A DNA stretch of 64,000 nt from an uncultured Acidobacteriota bacterium. GTDB lineage: Bacteria > Acidobacteriota > Terriglobia > Acidiferrales > UBA7541. The stretch lies in contig CAWEST010000005.1 in NCBI GenBank assembly GCA_963811815.1, forward strand, positions 72,177 to 136,176, given 5' to 3'. The notes beneath the pieces are model-generated. The model was not told where the DNA came from and made no database searches. It was given only the letters and a program-made list of their open reading frames with translations. Within the stretch, counting starts at the first letter, position 1. Each line of letters begins with the position of its first letter. A program made the translations under genes and the position numbers. Shown here piece by piece: positions 47,387 through 56,505 of the stretch.

Positions 47387-47833
47387 TTATTGGACGGTGG
47401 AGTGAGCCGGATTTGGAAGCGGCGAGGCATGATGAGCTACGAGCATCCAGCCCTCTTCCTGGAGCACGAAGATGTTCGTGGCTTGGACCATGGCATCGTC
47501 AAAGCTATCGGCAAACGCGGTGGTGACGTGTTCGGTGCAAGCCACCCATCCGACGCGGCCTTCGATGCGCAGCCAGACGGAACTCAAAGCGATGCGGACA
47601 CGCCGGGCGTTGGCGAAAAGCCGGGCCCAACGCTCGCGCACTTCATCCCATCCGAGCAAAAGCTCCCAGCCGGGATGAACGCATTCCACTTCGTCATCAT
47701 GGGCCCAGACAGCTTCCATCTGAGCGAGGTCAAGCGATTCGAAAGCGGAATAGAACCGGGTGTTTGCGGCGCGAAGAGCATCTTCGACTGTTGGCTTTTG
47801 GGGCGTGATAGGTGTCGACATGTTGAAGGGCAA
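47387..47833 (-). CDS. NTF2-like / SnoaL-like (DUF4440-type) protein
   Basis: ALRAANTRFYSAFESLDLAQMEAVWAHDDEVECVHPGW... pattern. Confidence 0.75.
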   Translation of the reverse strand: MPFNMSTPITPQKPTVEDALRAANTRFYSAFESLDLAQMEAVWAHDDEVECVHPGWELLLGWDEVRERWARLFANARRVRIALSSVWLRIEGRVGWVACTEHVTTAFADSFDDAMVQATNIFVLQEEGWMLVAHHASPLPNPAHSTVQ

Positions 47834-47885
47834 GCTGGGATGTACAGATCCACATCAACTCAAAAAACCAAGGAAACGCGAGCCG

Positions 47886-48500
47886 TCAGTTCGAATTCTT
47901 GGGGCGCGCGAATTCCAATCCGCCGACGGCAGACACGATTAGCGCCATCTTGATAATCTCACCGGGGAGGAACGGCAGAGCGCCGAGGCGGAAGGAATTC
48001 GCCCATCCGGAGCCGGTCACCAGAGCGAGCCAGGCGCAACCACTCACGAAAATTATTACCTCGCCGGAAACGAGCGCACCGATGAGTTTCGCGCCACTAG
48101 CACGGAGGGACGCAAAATGCGTTCGTGCGCCAGAGGCGCCGCGCTCCATCAACCATCCTGTTACGAATGCCGCGGGCGGATACGCCAGCAAATAACCCGC
48201 GGTGGGACCGAGGAACCGCGCAGGGCCCGGCAGGCCAAGAGGCTGAAAAACGGGCAGGCCAGCCAATCCCTCCAAGAGATACAACCCGAGAGTAAGCGCT
48301 CCGCGACGTGATCCAAGAAGGATAGCGATGAGAAGAACGCCAAAAGTCTGTCCGGTGACGGGGACCGGCGTCCAGGGCAAAGGAAAGGCGATGTGCGCGC
48401 ACAACACGAGCAAAATGTTTGCGGCGGCAATCCTCACCACGTCCGCGGCGAGACCTTCTGCCGGGTAAAGTCTATCGGCGAGAACTCTGGATTGTGACAT
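47886..48500 (-). CDS. bioY: Biotin transporter BioY
   Basis: HIAFPLPWTPVPVTGQTFGVLLIAILLG...GLPVFQPLG...GPTAGYLLAYPPAAFVTGW. Confidence 0.88.
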   Translation of the reverse strand: MSQSRVLADRLYPAEGLAADVVRIAAANILLVLCAHIAFPLPWTPVPVTGQTFGVLLIAILLGSRRGALTLGLYLLEGLAGLPVFQPLGLPGPARFLGPTAGYLLAYPPAAFVTGWLMERGASGARTHFASLRASGAKLIGALVSGEVIIFVSGCAWLALVTGSGWANSFRLGALPFLPGEIIKMALIVSAVGGLEFARPKNSN

Positions 48501-48570
48501 CCGCTTCCTCTTCGGGATTTTGGTTAGCTCAAACTATCTGGCGGCCATTATACCTGAGGGAGCGGGTTTG

Positions 48571-49470
48571 TTACGGCGACTTTTCGCCATCCATGAGCGG
48601 ATCGTCGGAGGTTGCCACGGCGCCATGCTTGTCGGCGGCGTGAATTTTTCCGGCAGCGTCAAGAAAGAAGGAGCGGCGAGCAAGCTTATCGTAGGATTCG
48701 GGTGTGGCAGCGAGTTCGAAATTCGTATCGTTTCCGGACGGGTCCGGCACGATGCGGAATCGAAACAAATATCCGTTCTCTTTGCCGGCAGCGAGATCGG
48801 CACTTACGAGGGACGCTTGCTCGGGTGAGATCTGGCCTTTGGGCGCGGGACCCAGCTCCGCAAGCGATTCCGGCAACTTTCCGAATGCGCGGTTGTAGGT
48901 CTCAATCGCGGCAGCCAAATTCCGCAATGTTTCAATAGCGGCGTCTTCGCGGGCGCGCAAATCTTCGGCGACCCATTGCTTTGCGAGCTGTGGAATGTCG
49001 AGCAGGACGAGCCCAAGGGAGAGGAGGCGCCATCCTCCGTTTTCACGCACGAGTCCGAACTCGGCTTGCTCGCCGTCCACCACGGAGACGGGAATGAAAG
49101 CGAGGTTTTCATGGACGCGCGCGGAGCCAAAGCGGTATTGCACCGTGCCGCTCGGCGTTTGGCAGAGCAGCACGGCGTGATTCTGCGGGTCCGTGGAACT
49201 GAGCGGCTTGCCGGGCATATCAGAAAGCGAAAACCTTTTCAAAAATGCTGTACGTTGTTCAGCAGGTAGGGCGCGGAAAGCAGCGGCGCTTTCGGCGGTG
49301 AGATAATTCGAGAATTGCGTTTCATTACCGCGACAGGCGGCGACAATCGCCGAAGAAAGCGCCGCTGCAGGATCCGAGCCTTCTTGAGCATGTAACGCGG
49401 GAGCGCCGGAAAGCGCCAGCGAGACGATGGCCGCTGCGAGTGTAGCGGAAAGAAAAAAACGCTTTGTCAT
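48571..49470 (-). CDS. Secreted hypothetical protein
   Basis: ATG at 49470 gives the signal peptide MTKRFFLSATLAAAIVSLALSGAPALHA. No confident family. The C-terminal part (AAIETLRNLAAAIETYNRAFGKLPESLAELGP) is faintly pseudopilin-globular-like. Confidence 0.6.
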   Translation of the reverse strand: MTKRFFLSATLAAAIVSLALSGAPALHAQEGSDPAAALSSAIVAACRGNETQFSNYLTAESAAAFRALPAEQRTAFLKRFSLSDMPGKPLSSTDPQNHAVLLCQTPSGTVQYRFGSARVHENLAFIPVSVVDGEQAEFGLVRENGGWRLLSLGLVLLDIPQLAKQWVAEDLRAREDAAIETLRNLAAAIETYNRAFGKLPESLAELGPAPKGQISPEQASLVSADLAAGKENGYLFRFRIVPDPSGNDTNFELAATPESYDKLARRSFFLDAAGKIHAADKHGAVATSDDPLMDGEKSP

Positions 49471-49892
49471 TTCGACTCGGATTTCCCGCGAGCAAGGATG
49501 GTTGCCAGGTCGTTGGTGAATTTCGAACGCGGCATCACTTCGCGGCAACCGGCTGCGCGGGCTTGCTCAGCCAGTTCGGTCTGGACGTGCGAGAGAAAGC
49601 CAACCAGAGGCACATCCGGAGCTGTTGCCTGCATGCGTGCGACAGCCTCAAGCGGCTGGTTACGCGAGTTGAGGTCCACGACTACGAGCTTGGGAGTTGC
49701 CTTGGAGATTTCGGCGAGCAGTGCGTCCGGGGTGGTACAAATGTGCAAGTCGACTGCCAGATGGCGGGCAGTTTCGACAATCTTCGCCTGGAAGAAAAGA
49801 TCATCCACCATAGCTAGTACGTTTGCCAAGCTCGCTACCTCTCTTTCCGGTTTATCATGCACCTCGCGAGTGTACAAGTTCAGTTCTTCCAC
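49467..49892 (-). CDS. Stand-alone response-regulator receiver-like domain protein
   Basis: MVDDLFF..., KLVVVDLNS (putative phospho-Asp), VGFLSH and RSKF. ATGA overlap with the downstream secreted protein. The start codon is uncertain. Confidence 0.6.
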   Translation of the reverse strand: MEELNLYTREVHDKPEREVASLANVLAMVDDLFFQAKIVETARHLAVDLHICTTPDALLAEISKATPKLVVVDLNSRNQPLEAVARMQATAPDVPLVGFLSHVQTELAEQARAAGCREVMPRSKFTNDLATILARGKSESK

Positions 49893-49946
49893 TTCGGCTA
49901 TCCGCTAAGGTATAAATGTGCCGGAAAGGACTTCTGGGAGGTTTTG

Positions 49947-50480
49947 ATGGCCGGACCATCGAATCCGGATGCGTTGCCGGGACTGGCCGTTCTGGAGCAG
50001 ACGCCCATCATCATCGAGAAAATCGTGTGGTCAGCCAGCGAGGAGCAAATGCACTGGAAGCCAGCGATGGATCGCTGGTCCATCAGCGAAGTGCTGGCAC
50101 ATCTGGCCGACGTGGAAGTGGTTGGCTTCCGCGAACGCATACAGAAGATGCTGGAAAAAAATAATCCAGCGCTGGAGCCCTACGATCAAAACGCCGCCTA
50201 CGCTGCGGGGAAATATTCGAGCGGCAAAGCCCGTGAACATCTGAAAATATTCTGCCACGAGCGCGACCGATCGCTTTCGATGTTTCGTTACGTCCCGGCG
50301 CACGCGGTCGCGCGCATCGGACAACACGGCCAAATCGGGCAGATTTCAATCGGGCAACTGATGAATGAATGGGCGTTCCACGATCTAGGCCACATCCGGC
50401 AGATCGCGGAGCTTTTCCGGTCGCGCGCATTCTTTCCTTCGATGGGGCCTTTCCAAAAATATTATACGATCAAACCGTAA
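49947..50480 (+). CDS. DinB-family protein
   Basis: WSISEVLAHLADVE ... NEWAFHDLGHIRQI His-triad pattern. ATG at 49947 is preceded by GGGAGG. Confidence 0.8.
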   Translation: MAGPSNPDALPGLAVLEQTPIIIEKIVWSASEEQMHWKPAMDRWSISEVLAHLADVEVVGFRERIQKMLEKNNPALEPYDQNAAYAAGKYSSGKAREHLKIFCHERDRSLSMFRYVPAHAVARIGQHGQIGQISIGQLMNEWAFHDLGHIRQIAELFRSRAFFPSMGPFQKYYTIKP

Positions 50481-50502
50481 CCCAGGCGGAGCGACCGAGC
50501 AG

Positions 50503-50973
50503 ATGGAAACAATAGTCAGCAAGAAAATTCTTTCCACCTTCGATCAACTCGAAAAAGATTCGCTGGATCTGCACACACTATTTGAGTTTGTCGGAGGCAA
50601 CGATCCGGCGGAGCGGGAACTTGTTCTCGACTCGGTACAAGACTTGGCGCAGAGAGGTTTGTTGCGCGAAGACAGCGCCGATTTCTACAGCCGCACGGAA
50701 AGCGGAAGACTGATCGTCGCGGGCCCGCGGGAGATTACGATGTACACGCGCGAGGGATGCCATCTGTGCGATGAAGCGAAAGCGGCGATGACTCCGCTGC
50801 TTTCTGAATTTGACGCGAAGCTTCGCGAGGTGGATATCGACGAAGATCCAGTCCTGCTGGAACGCTACAACGACGACGTGCCTGTGATTTTTCTGGGCGG
50901 ATTATTACTTGCGCAGCATCGAATCGATCCGGCTCTCTTGCGGCAGCGCTTGGAACAGACGAAGGAGCTGTAA
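50503..50973 (+). CDS. Glutaredoxin-like protein with ~85-aa N-terminal extension
   Basis: ITMYTREGCHLCDEAKAAM...DIDEDPVLLERYNDDVPVIFL (CxxC thioredoxin fold). The N-terminal extension is not recognised. Confidence 0.75.
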   Translation: METIVSKKILSTFDQLEKDSLDLHTLFEFVGGNDPAERELVLDSVQDLAQRGLLREDSADFYSRTESGRLIVAGPREITMYTREGCHLCDEAKAAMTPLLSEFDAKLREVDIDEDPVLLERYNDDVPVIFLGGLLLAQHRIDPALLRQRLEQTKEL

Positions 50974-51051
50974 CGATCGTCTGCCTTAGGAACTAGCGTT
51001 TTCGAGTGCTGTTGTTTGCAGGCATTCGGAGTGGAGAGCTTCGCGGGACGC

Positions 51052-51501
51052 TTAGTGTTTTGATTTTTCCGCTTCCACGCCTACGCCTTCGTCGGGCACA
51101 TCGCCCGGGCGGCCTTTCACGCGGTCATATTCGCTTACGTGGCAGGTGGATCCAATAGCTTCGTTGTAATAAGTGGGCACGCCCAGAGCGGTTCGCAGTT
51201 CTTCATTGAACTTGCGCAAATCAACCAACTGGCCCTTGTGCGCGGGGAATTTCTTCTTGTCATGGGTAAGCAGGAATTTCTGATAGCCTGCATCCCACAG
51301 CAAGGTGAACTGGCCCTGCAGCATGATGCAGGGAATCTCAGTCATCTGAAAACTGTCCCCGGATGTCTTGCGCAGTTCCGCGCCGCAATTGTACTTTTCG
51401 ATTCGGACGACTCCGCCGGAGCTACGGACAAGAAACCCTCTGGCCGAGAGCGATTCCACTTGCGACTGGACGAATAGCTTGTTGACGTACCACATGCCCA
51501 T
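51052..51501 (-). CDS. Hypothetical protein, no recognised family
   Basis: 149-aa ORF with no competing ORF on the other strand. Divergent from the cysM cluster. Confidence 0.45.
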   Translation of the reverse strand: MGMWYVNKLFVQSQVESLSARGFLVRSSGGVVRIEKYNCGAELRKTSGDSFQMTEIPCIMLQGQFTLLWDAGYQKFLLTHDKKKFPAHKGQLVDLRKFNEELRTALGVPTYYNEAIGSTCHVSEYDRVKGRPGDVPDEGVGVEAEKSKH

Positions 51502-51732
51502 CCAGACTAGTGAGTCAGCGGGGCTTCTGTAAAGTCAAAAATTGGGAACCTTGGATTGGTAACAGGGATTGCGCTAGATTTGCCGGGGGTCTGCTAAACT
51601 GTCCTGAATTCGTTGCATACGCGACGGCCTTCTGCGCATCTAATTTGCCTTTCGACTTCATTCCGGTTGCCGGAGTGAAGCGACATTAACGATAGAGACG
51701 TTGAGACAGGGAACTTGGCGGACAAACGGAGC

Positions 51733-52701
51733 ATGAGTACGGCGAACAAACAATCGTTATCGCGAGAAAATTCCGGTGTGGAGGCACGGTTCGGACAGAA
51801 TCTACTGGAACGAATTGGCAATACGCCTCTGCTTCGGCTGGGGCGCATTGGCGCTGAATTTCCCAACGCGGGGTTCTATGCCAAGGCCGAATGGTTCAAT
51901 CCGGGAGGTTCGGTAAAGGATCGCGCAGCGTATTCCATGATCCGCGAAGGCGAGCGAACGGGAGCGCTGCAGCCCGGCAAAGTGATCCTCGACGCCACCA
52001 GCGGAAATACGGGAATCGCGTACGCGATGATCGGCGCAGCGCTAGGATATAGAGTGAAATTGTGCCTACCGTCAAGTGCTTCGCCCGAACGCAAACAAAT
52101 CCTGGCGGCTTACGGCGTGGAGATCGTGTTGACGCCCGGAGACGAAGGAACCGACGGAGCCATTCGCCGCGTGCGGCAAATTTATGAAGCAGAGCCGGCT
52201 AAATATTTTTATCCGGACCAATACAGCAATTCCGCAAATCCGGCAGCGCACTATTTCACCACCGCTCCGGAGATCTGGGAGCAGACACGCGGGCAGATCA
52301 CGCATTTTGTGGCGGGCCTGGGAACCAGCGGAACTTTCGTCGGCACTACACGCCGACTGAAAGAACTGAATCCGGCCATTCGCTGCATCAGCATGCAACC
52401 TGATTCCGGATTTCACGGACTTGAGGGACTGAAGCATATGGCCACGGCGATTGTGCCGAGCATCTATGATCCGAAACTTGCCGATGAGGATATGGCGGTG
52501 CGCACGGAAGATGCGTACCGAATGGTGAAGCGACTGGCGCGCGAAGAAGGAATCCTGGCGGGAGTCAGTTCGGGAGGCGCGCTGTGGGCGTGCCTTGAGG
52601 TGGCGCGGAATTTGCCGAGCAGCCGGCCAGCGGTGATCGTGACGGTCTTCCCGGATTCCGGCGAAAAATACCTGAGCGAGAAATTCTGGAGCGAAGAGTG
52701 A
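51733..52701 (+). CDS. cysM: PLP-dependent cysteine synthase (CysM type, sulfur-carrier-dependent by context)
   Basis: IGNTPLLRL, NPGGSVKDR (PLP Lys), SGNTGIA and GTSGT. Alternative TTG start at 51715. Confidence 0.88.
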   Translation: MSTANKQSLSRENSGVEARFGQNLLERIGNTPLLRLGRIGAEFPNAGFYAKAEWFNPGGSVKDRAAYSMIREGERTGALQPGKVILDATSGNTGIAYAMIGAALGYRVKLCLPSSASPERKQILAAYGVEIVLTPGDEGTDGAIRRVRQIYEAEPAKYFYPDQYSNSANPAAHYFTTAPEIWEQTRGQITHFVAGLGTSGTFVGTTRRLKELNPAIRCISMQPDSGFHGLEGLKHMATAIVPSIYDPKLADEDMAVRTEDAYRMVKRLAREEGILAGVSSGGALWACLEVARNLPSSRPAVIVTVFPDSGEKYLSEKFWSEE

Positions 52702-53147
52702 GCGGCACGACGCTGCGAATCTCAGACGCGCTGGTTCGCCGGATTCAGGCGCACGGCGTGGAGACATATCCGTACGAATGCTGTGGTGCGCTGCTGGGAA
52801 GGGACAACGAAACGTCACGCGAAGTTGTCGAGCTGGTTCCACTGGCGAATCGCCGGGATGATTCACCGCGCAATCGTTTCGAGGTAACTCCGGGTGACGT
52901 TCAAATGGCGGAGAAAAAGGCGCGAGATATGCGGGTTGAGGTGATCGGCTGGTACCATTCGCATCCGAATGCTCCGGCGCGTCCCAGCGAATTCGATCGC
53001 GAACACGCTTGGCCGTGGTACAGCTACGTCATCGTGAGTGTTGAAGCAAGCGAGCCGCGCGATACGAAGTCGTGGCGATTGCGCGACGATCGTTCCGCGT
53101 ACGACGCGGAAGCGATTGAATCCGTCGCACAATCCGCGAGCATCTAA
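52698..53147 (+). CDS. mec: JAMM/MPN+ metalloprotease (Mec-type)
   Basis: YPYECCGALLG (Glu) and WYHSHPNAPARPSEFD (HxH-x7-S-xx-D). GTGA overlap with cysM. Confidence 0.88.
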   Translation: MSGTTLRISDALVRRIQAHGVETYPYECCGALLGRDNETSREVVELVPLANRRDDSPRNRFEVTPGDVQMAEKKARDMRVEVIGWYHSHPNAPARPSEFDREHAWPWYSYVIVSVEASEPRDTKSWRLRDDRSAYDAEAIESVAQSASI

Positions 53148-53175
53148 TCGGAATAATGAAGAGGGAGACCACCGA

Positions 53176-53487
53176 ATGGCAGTGAAAGTGATCATTCCTA
53201 CGCCGCTGCGGCCTTACGCAGGCAAGCAGGAAAGTGTTGAAATGGAAGCCGGCAGTGTCCGCGAGGCCCTTACTGGGCTTACCACTCGATTCGGGGAGCT
53301 CAAGAAACATTTGTACTCCGAGGATGGGCGCCTGCGAAGCTTCGTGAATGTTTATGTGAACGATGAGGATATTCGCTATTTGGAGAAGGAAGAGACGCAG
53401 CTGCGTGATGGAGACATCGTCAGTATCGTGCCTTCGATCGCAGGCGGAACGCGCAAGTCAGGAGAGTTTTCGTGGCATCAAAAATAA
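53176..53487 (+). CDS. cysO: MoaD/ThiS-family sulfur-carrier protein (CysO-like) with residues after the Gly-Gly
   Basis: MAVKVIIPTPLRPYAG...DGDIVSIVPSIAGG followed by TRKSGEFSWHQK*. GAGGGAG SD upstream of ATG 53176. Confidence 0.8.
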   Translation: MAVKVIIPTPLRPYAGKQESVEMEAGSVREALTGLTTRFGELKKHLYSEDGRLRSFVNVYVNDEDIRYLEKEETQLRDGDIVSIVPSIAGGTRKSGEFSWHQK

Positions 53488-54668
53488 AAATTCCTAATTC
53501 GCCGGAGACGGGAAATCCGAGCGTGGCGCTGTCAAAAGAGGAAATAACGCGCTACAGCCGCCATTTAATCATGCCCGAAGTTGGGATGGACGGGCAGCTC
53601 AAGCTGAAACAAGCGAAAGTTCTTTGCATCGGCACTGGCGGGCTGGGAGCGCCGTTGGGCTTGTACCTTGCGGCTGCGGGAGTGGGGAGAATCGGCTTAG
53701 TCGATTTCGACAAGGTGGATCTGACCAATCTTCAGCGGCAGATTCTTTTCGACACGAACGATATTGGACGTCCCAAAATCGAAGCGGCGACGAATCGCCT
53801 GCGGAACCTAAACCCGGATATTCAGATCGACAATTTCGAAACGCGCCTTACGAGCGAAAATGCACTCGATATCCTGAAGGATTACGACATCGTGGTGGAC
53901 GGCACAGACAATTTCCCCACACGCTACCTGGTGAATGATGCCTGCGTGATTCTGGGCAAGCCCAATGTTTATGGTTCTATCTTCCGCTTCGAGGGCCAAA
54001 TTACTATTTTCGGTTATCCGGGCGGCCCGTGCTACCGGTGTTTGTATCCTGAGCCGCCTCCGCCAGGGCTGGTGCCTTCTTGCGCGGAAGGAGGAGTGCT
54101 CGGTGTGCTTCCGGGAATTGTGGGGGCGATACAGGCCGCTGAAACTTTGAAGCTGATCATCGGGAAAGGGGAACCGCTGGTTGGGCGCTTGCTCCTTTTT
54201 GACGCTTTGGCGATGCGCTTTCGAGAATTGAAGCTGCGGAAAAATCCGGAGTGCCCGGTTTGCGGCGGACACCCGACGATTACGAAGCTAATTGATTACC
54301 AGGAATTCTGCGGAATTCGCGGCGAAGAAGCTGCGAGCCCAACTCAAACGTCGGTGCCCGAAATCGCTCCGCGCGAACTCAAAGCCCGGCTCGATCGCGG
54401 CGACGATCTTTTTATTCTTGATGTGCGCGAGCCGCACGAGTATCAGATCTGCAATCTCGGGGGACACTTGATTCCGCTGGGCGAGCTTTCGCGGCGCGTA
54501 AACGAGTTGGATAGTTCGCGCGAAATCGTCGCGCACTGCCGCAGCGGCAAACGGTCCGCGGAAGCGGTGGAATTCCTGCGCGGCGCAGGTTTCCGCAAGG
54601 TCTTGAACCTGAAGGGTGGTATTCTTGCATGGTCGGATGAAGTGGATGCCTCTGTTCCAAAGTACTGA
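53472..54668 (+). CDS. moeZ: E1-like adenylyltransferase/sulfurtransferase with C-terminal rhodanese domain (MoeZ/MoeB type)
   Basis: RYSRHLIMPEVG, IGTGGLGAP, CYRC...CPVC Zn motif and rhodanese active site AHCRSGKRS. GTG start is preceded by AGGAG. Confidence 0.9.
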   Translation: MASKIKIPNSPETGNPSVALSKEEITRYSRHLIMPEVGMDGQLKLKQAKVLCIGTGGLGAPLGLYLAAAGVGRIGLVDFDKVDLTNLQRQILFDTNDIGRPKIEAATNRLRNLNPDIQIDNFETRLTSENALDILKDYDIVVDGTDNFPTRYLVNDACVILGKPNVYGSIFRFEGQITIFGYPGGPCYRCLYPEPPPPGLVPSCAEGGVLGVLPGIVGAIQAAETLKLIIGKGEPLVGRLLLFDALAMRFRELKLRKNPECPVCGGHPTITKLIDYQEFCGIRGEEAASPTQTSVPEIAPRELKARLDRGDDLFILDVREPHEYQICNLGGHLIPLGELSRRVNELDSSREIVAHCRSGKRSAEAVEFLRGAGFRKVLNLKGGILAWSDEVDASVPKY

Positions 54669-54739
54669 GCGGTTCCGAGAGCGTCCGAACGTTGCCAGAA
54701 ACACGTTGAGAATTTTATGAACTTCGATCGGAGGATCGA

Positions 54740-54973
54740 TTGCCAGATATCAAAGTGACCGTCGTTAATAATGGACCGCTGCTTATTGATGGTGAAGTGC
54801 AGATTGTCGATCAGGAAGGCAAGTCTTACGGTCTGGGAGGGCGAACCAAGATCGGGCTGTGTCGCTGCGGCGCGTCCGAGCGCAAGCCCTTCTGCGATGG
54901 TTCGCACAAAAAGTCGAATTTTCAGAGCCTGGTCGAGGCCCACGAACTTCCCCCGCCACAACCTAAGCCCTAA
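54740..54973 (+). CDS. CDGSH iron-sulfur domain protein
   Basis: CRCGASERKPFCDGSH. TTG start is preceded by GGAGGA. Confidence 0.85.
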   Translation: MPDIKVTVVNNGPLLIDGEVQIVDQEGKSYGLGGRTKIGLCRCGASERKPFCDGSHKKSNFQSLVEAHELPPPQPKP

Positions 54974-55136
54974 TCCAAATTTGGGCAGCTCTGGGGTGGT
55001 ATTGTAACAATCCTACCCAGAGGGCGAAAATTATATACGTAGTATTTCCGGCGTGGCAAGTCGCTTGTAAGTATTAAACTGTTTGTTTTAATATAGTTAA
55101 CAGGTACTAAAACTATGGTCCGGAACGGTACACCAC

Positions 55137-56489
55137 TTGCAAGTTTCTCCACGGGCAGAAGTACGTCTCTTGGGGGAAGTGGTGGGTCGTCCGAGCAAGA
55201 TTTGGAGTTTTCTGCATCGTTTTCGTCTCGTCCTTCTCTGGACGATAGCCGGTGCGTCGTACCTCATTCTCTTGTGGGTCGTTCGAAATTCTTCTTACAT
55301 CGCCGATCCTCTTCTTGACACTTATCTTCAAATGGCGGGAAGCCTAATCGCGTTCACGTTTGCCGCGAACGCGCTGGTTCGGTTTCGCGGAACACACGAT
55401 CGAATTTCTCTGATCTTGGCATTCGGCTTTGTAATGGCGGGGCTGATCGAGGCGGGGACAAGCATGACGTTCTACCGCGGCATGCTCGTCACGGCCAGCG
55501 CAGGGAATGAAATTTCAATTGGGTGGCTCGCAGGGCAGACGCTTCTGGGAATTCTATTGCTGGCTGCGCTGGTGGTGGAGCGTCGAATTCCGGTGGCGCG
55601 AGAACCGGGGAAGGAAATGGCCGGCTCTACGCTGCTGGTAGGAGCCGCCGCCTATTTGACCAGTGTCTTTTATTTCATGCTGCCGAACGCACCCAAAATT
55701 CATCCCGGCGCAATTATTCCGCGTCCTTGGGATTTGCTGCCGGCGGCAATTTTTGCTGCCGCCACGGTAGGATATGCGTGGCGTTTGCGTCGCGGGAATT
55801 CTGAATCGTCGCTCGACCGCGCATTGTTTATAGCAGCGGCGATGAATGTGATTTGCCATATTACGATCAGCCAGTCGCAACACGTCTTCGATGCCGCTTT
55901 TACGCTCGCGCATGTGACGATGGACCTCAGTTATGTGGTGGTTCTGGGCGGCACGCTGCTGGACAACGCGCAACTATTCGATCAGGTCAGCCGGCTGGCT
56001 GCCTCTGATTCGCTTACTGGACTTGCAAATCATCGCCGGCTTCTGGAAGTTCTGGAAAATGAAATTCAGCGTTCGCGGCGTACCGGTCGCAGCTTCGCGG
56101 TGGTGCTGTTCGATCTCGACAAATTGAAAAGGATCAACGATATGTTCGGGCATCTGACGGGCAGCCGGGCAATCAAGCGCCTGGGCGTGGCCTTGCGAAA
56201 TGATTGCCGATCCATCGACACGCCTGCGCGGTACGGCGGCGACGAATTCGTACTAATCCTGCCGGAATCGGGAGAAGAAGAAGCTCGCAAGGCCGCTCTG
56301 CGAATCTGCGAGAGGCTCGCACGCGATGGCCAGGAGCCGCCGGTGACCGTTAGCGCGGGTCTCGCTGTCTATCCCAACGACGGAACGACGATTGAAAAGC
56401 TCTTGGGCGCCGCCGATCGCGCGCTCTACGGGATGAAGGGCCGCGGCGAAAAGAAATTCCGTCTAGGGCATGTAGCGGCTTGCTTGTAA
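55137..56489 (+). CDS. Diguanylate cyclase (GGDEF) with N-terminal multi-TM sensor region
   Basis: About 7 hydrophobic segments, then DSLTGLANHRR and RYGGDEFVLIL. The start is uncertain (TTG 55137 or GTG ~55179/55182). Confidence 0.85.
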   Translation: MQVSPRAEVRLLGEVVGRPSKIWSFLHRFRLVLLWTIAGASYLILLWVVRNSSYIADPLLDTYLQMAGSLIAFTFAANALVRFRGTHDRISLILAFGFVMAGLIEAGTSMTFYRGMLVTASAGNEISIGWLAGQTLLGILLLAALVVERRIPVAREPGKEMAGSTLLVGAAAYLTSVFYFMLPNAPKIHPGAIIPRPWDLLPAAIFAAATVGYAWRLRRGNSESSLDRALFIAAAMNVICHITISQSQHVFDAAFTLAHVTMDLSYVVVLGGTLLDNAQLFDQVSRLAASDSLTGLANHRRLLEVLENEIQRSRRTGRSFAVVLFDLDKLKRINDMFGHLTGSRAIKRLGVALRNDCRSIDTPARYGGDEFVLILPESGEEEARKAALRICERLARDGQEPPVTVSAGLAVYPNDGTTIEKLLGAADRALYGMKGRGEKKFRLGHVAACL

Positions 56490-56505
56490 GAAAGGAGGTC
56501 GCGGG

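Noticed and set aside
51656-51680. A hairpin whose minus strand contains CCGGCAACCGG, resembling the SAM-I CCCGGCAACC element.
   Set aside because: There is no GAGGGA/GGCCC partner and no four-way junction context. It is just an 11-bp stem with a 3-nt loop in a divergent promoter region.
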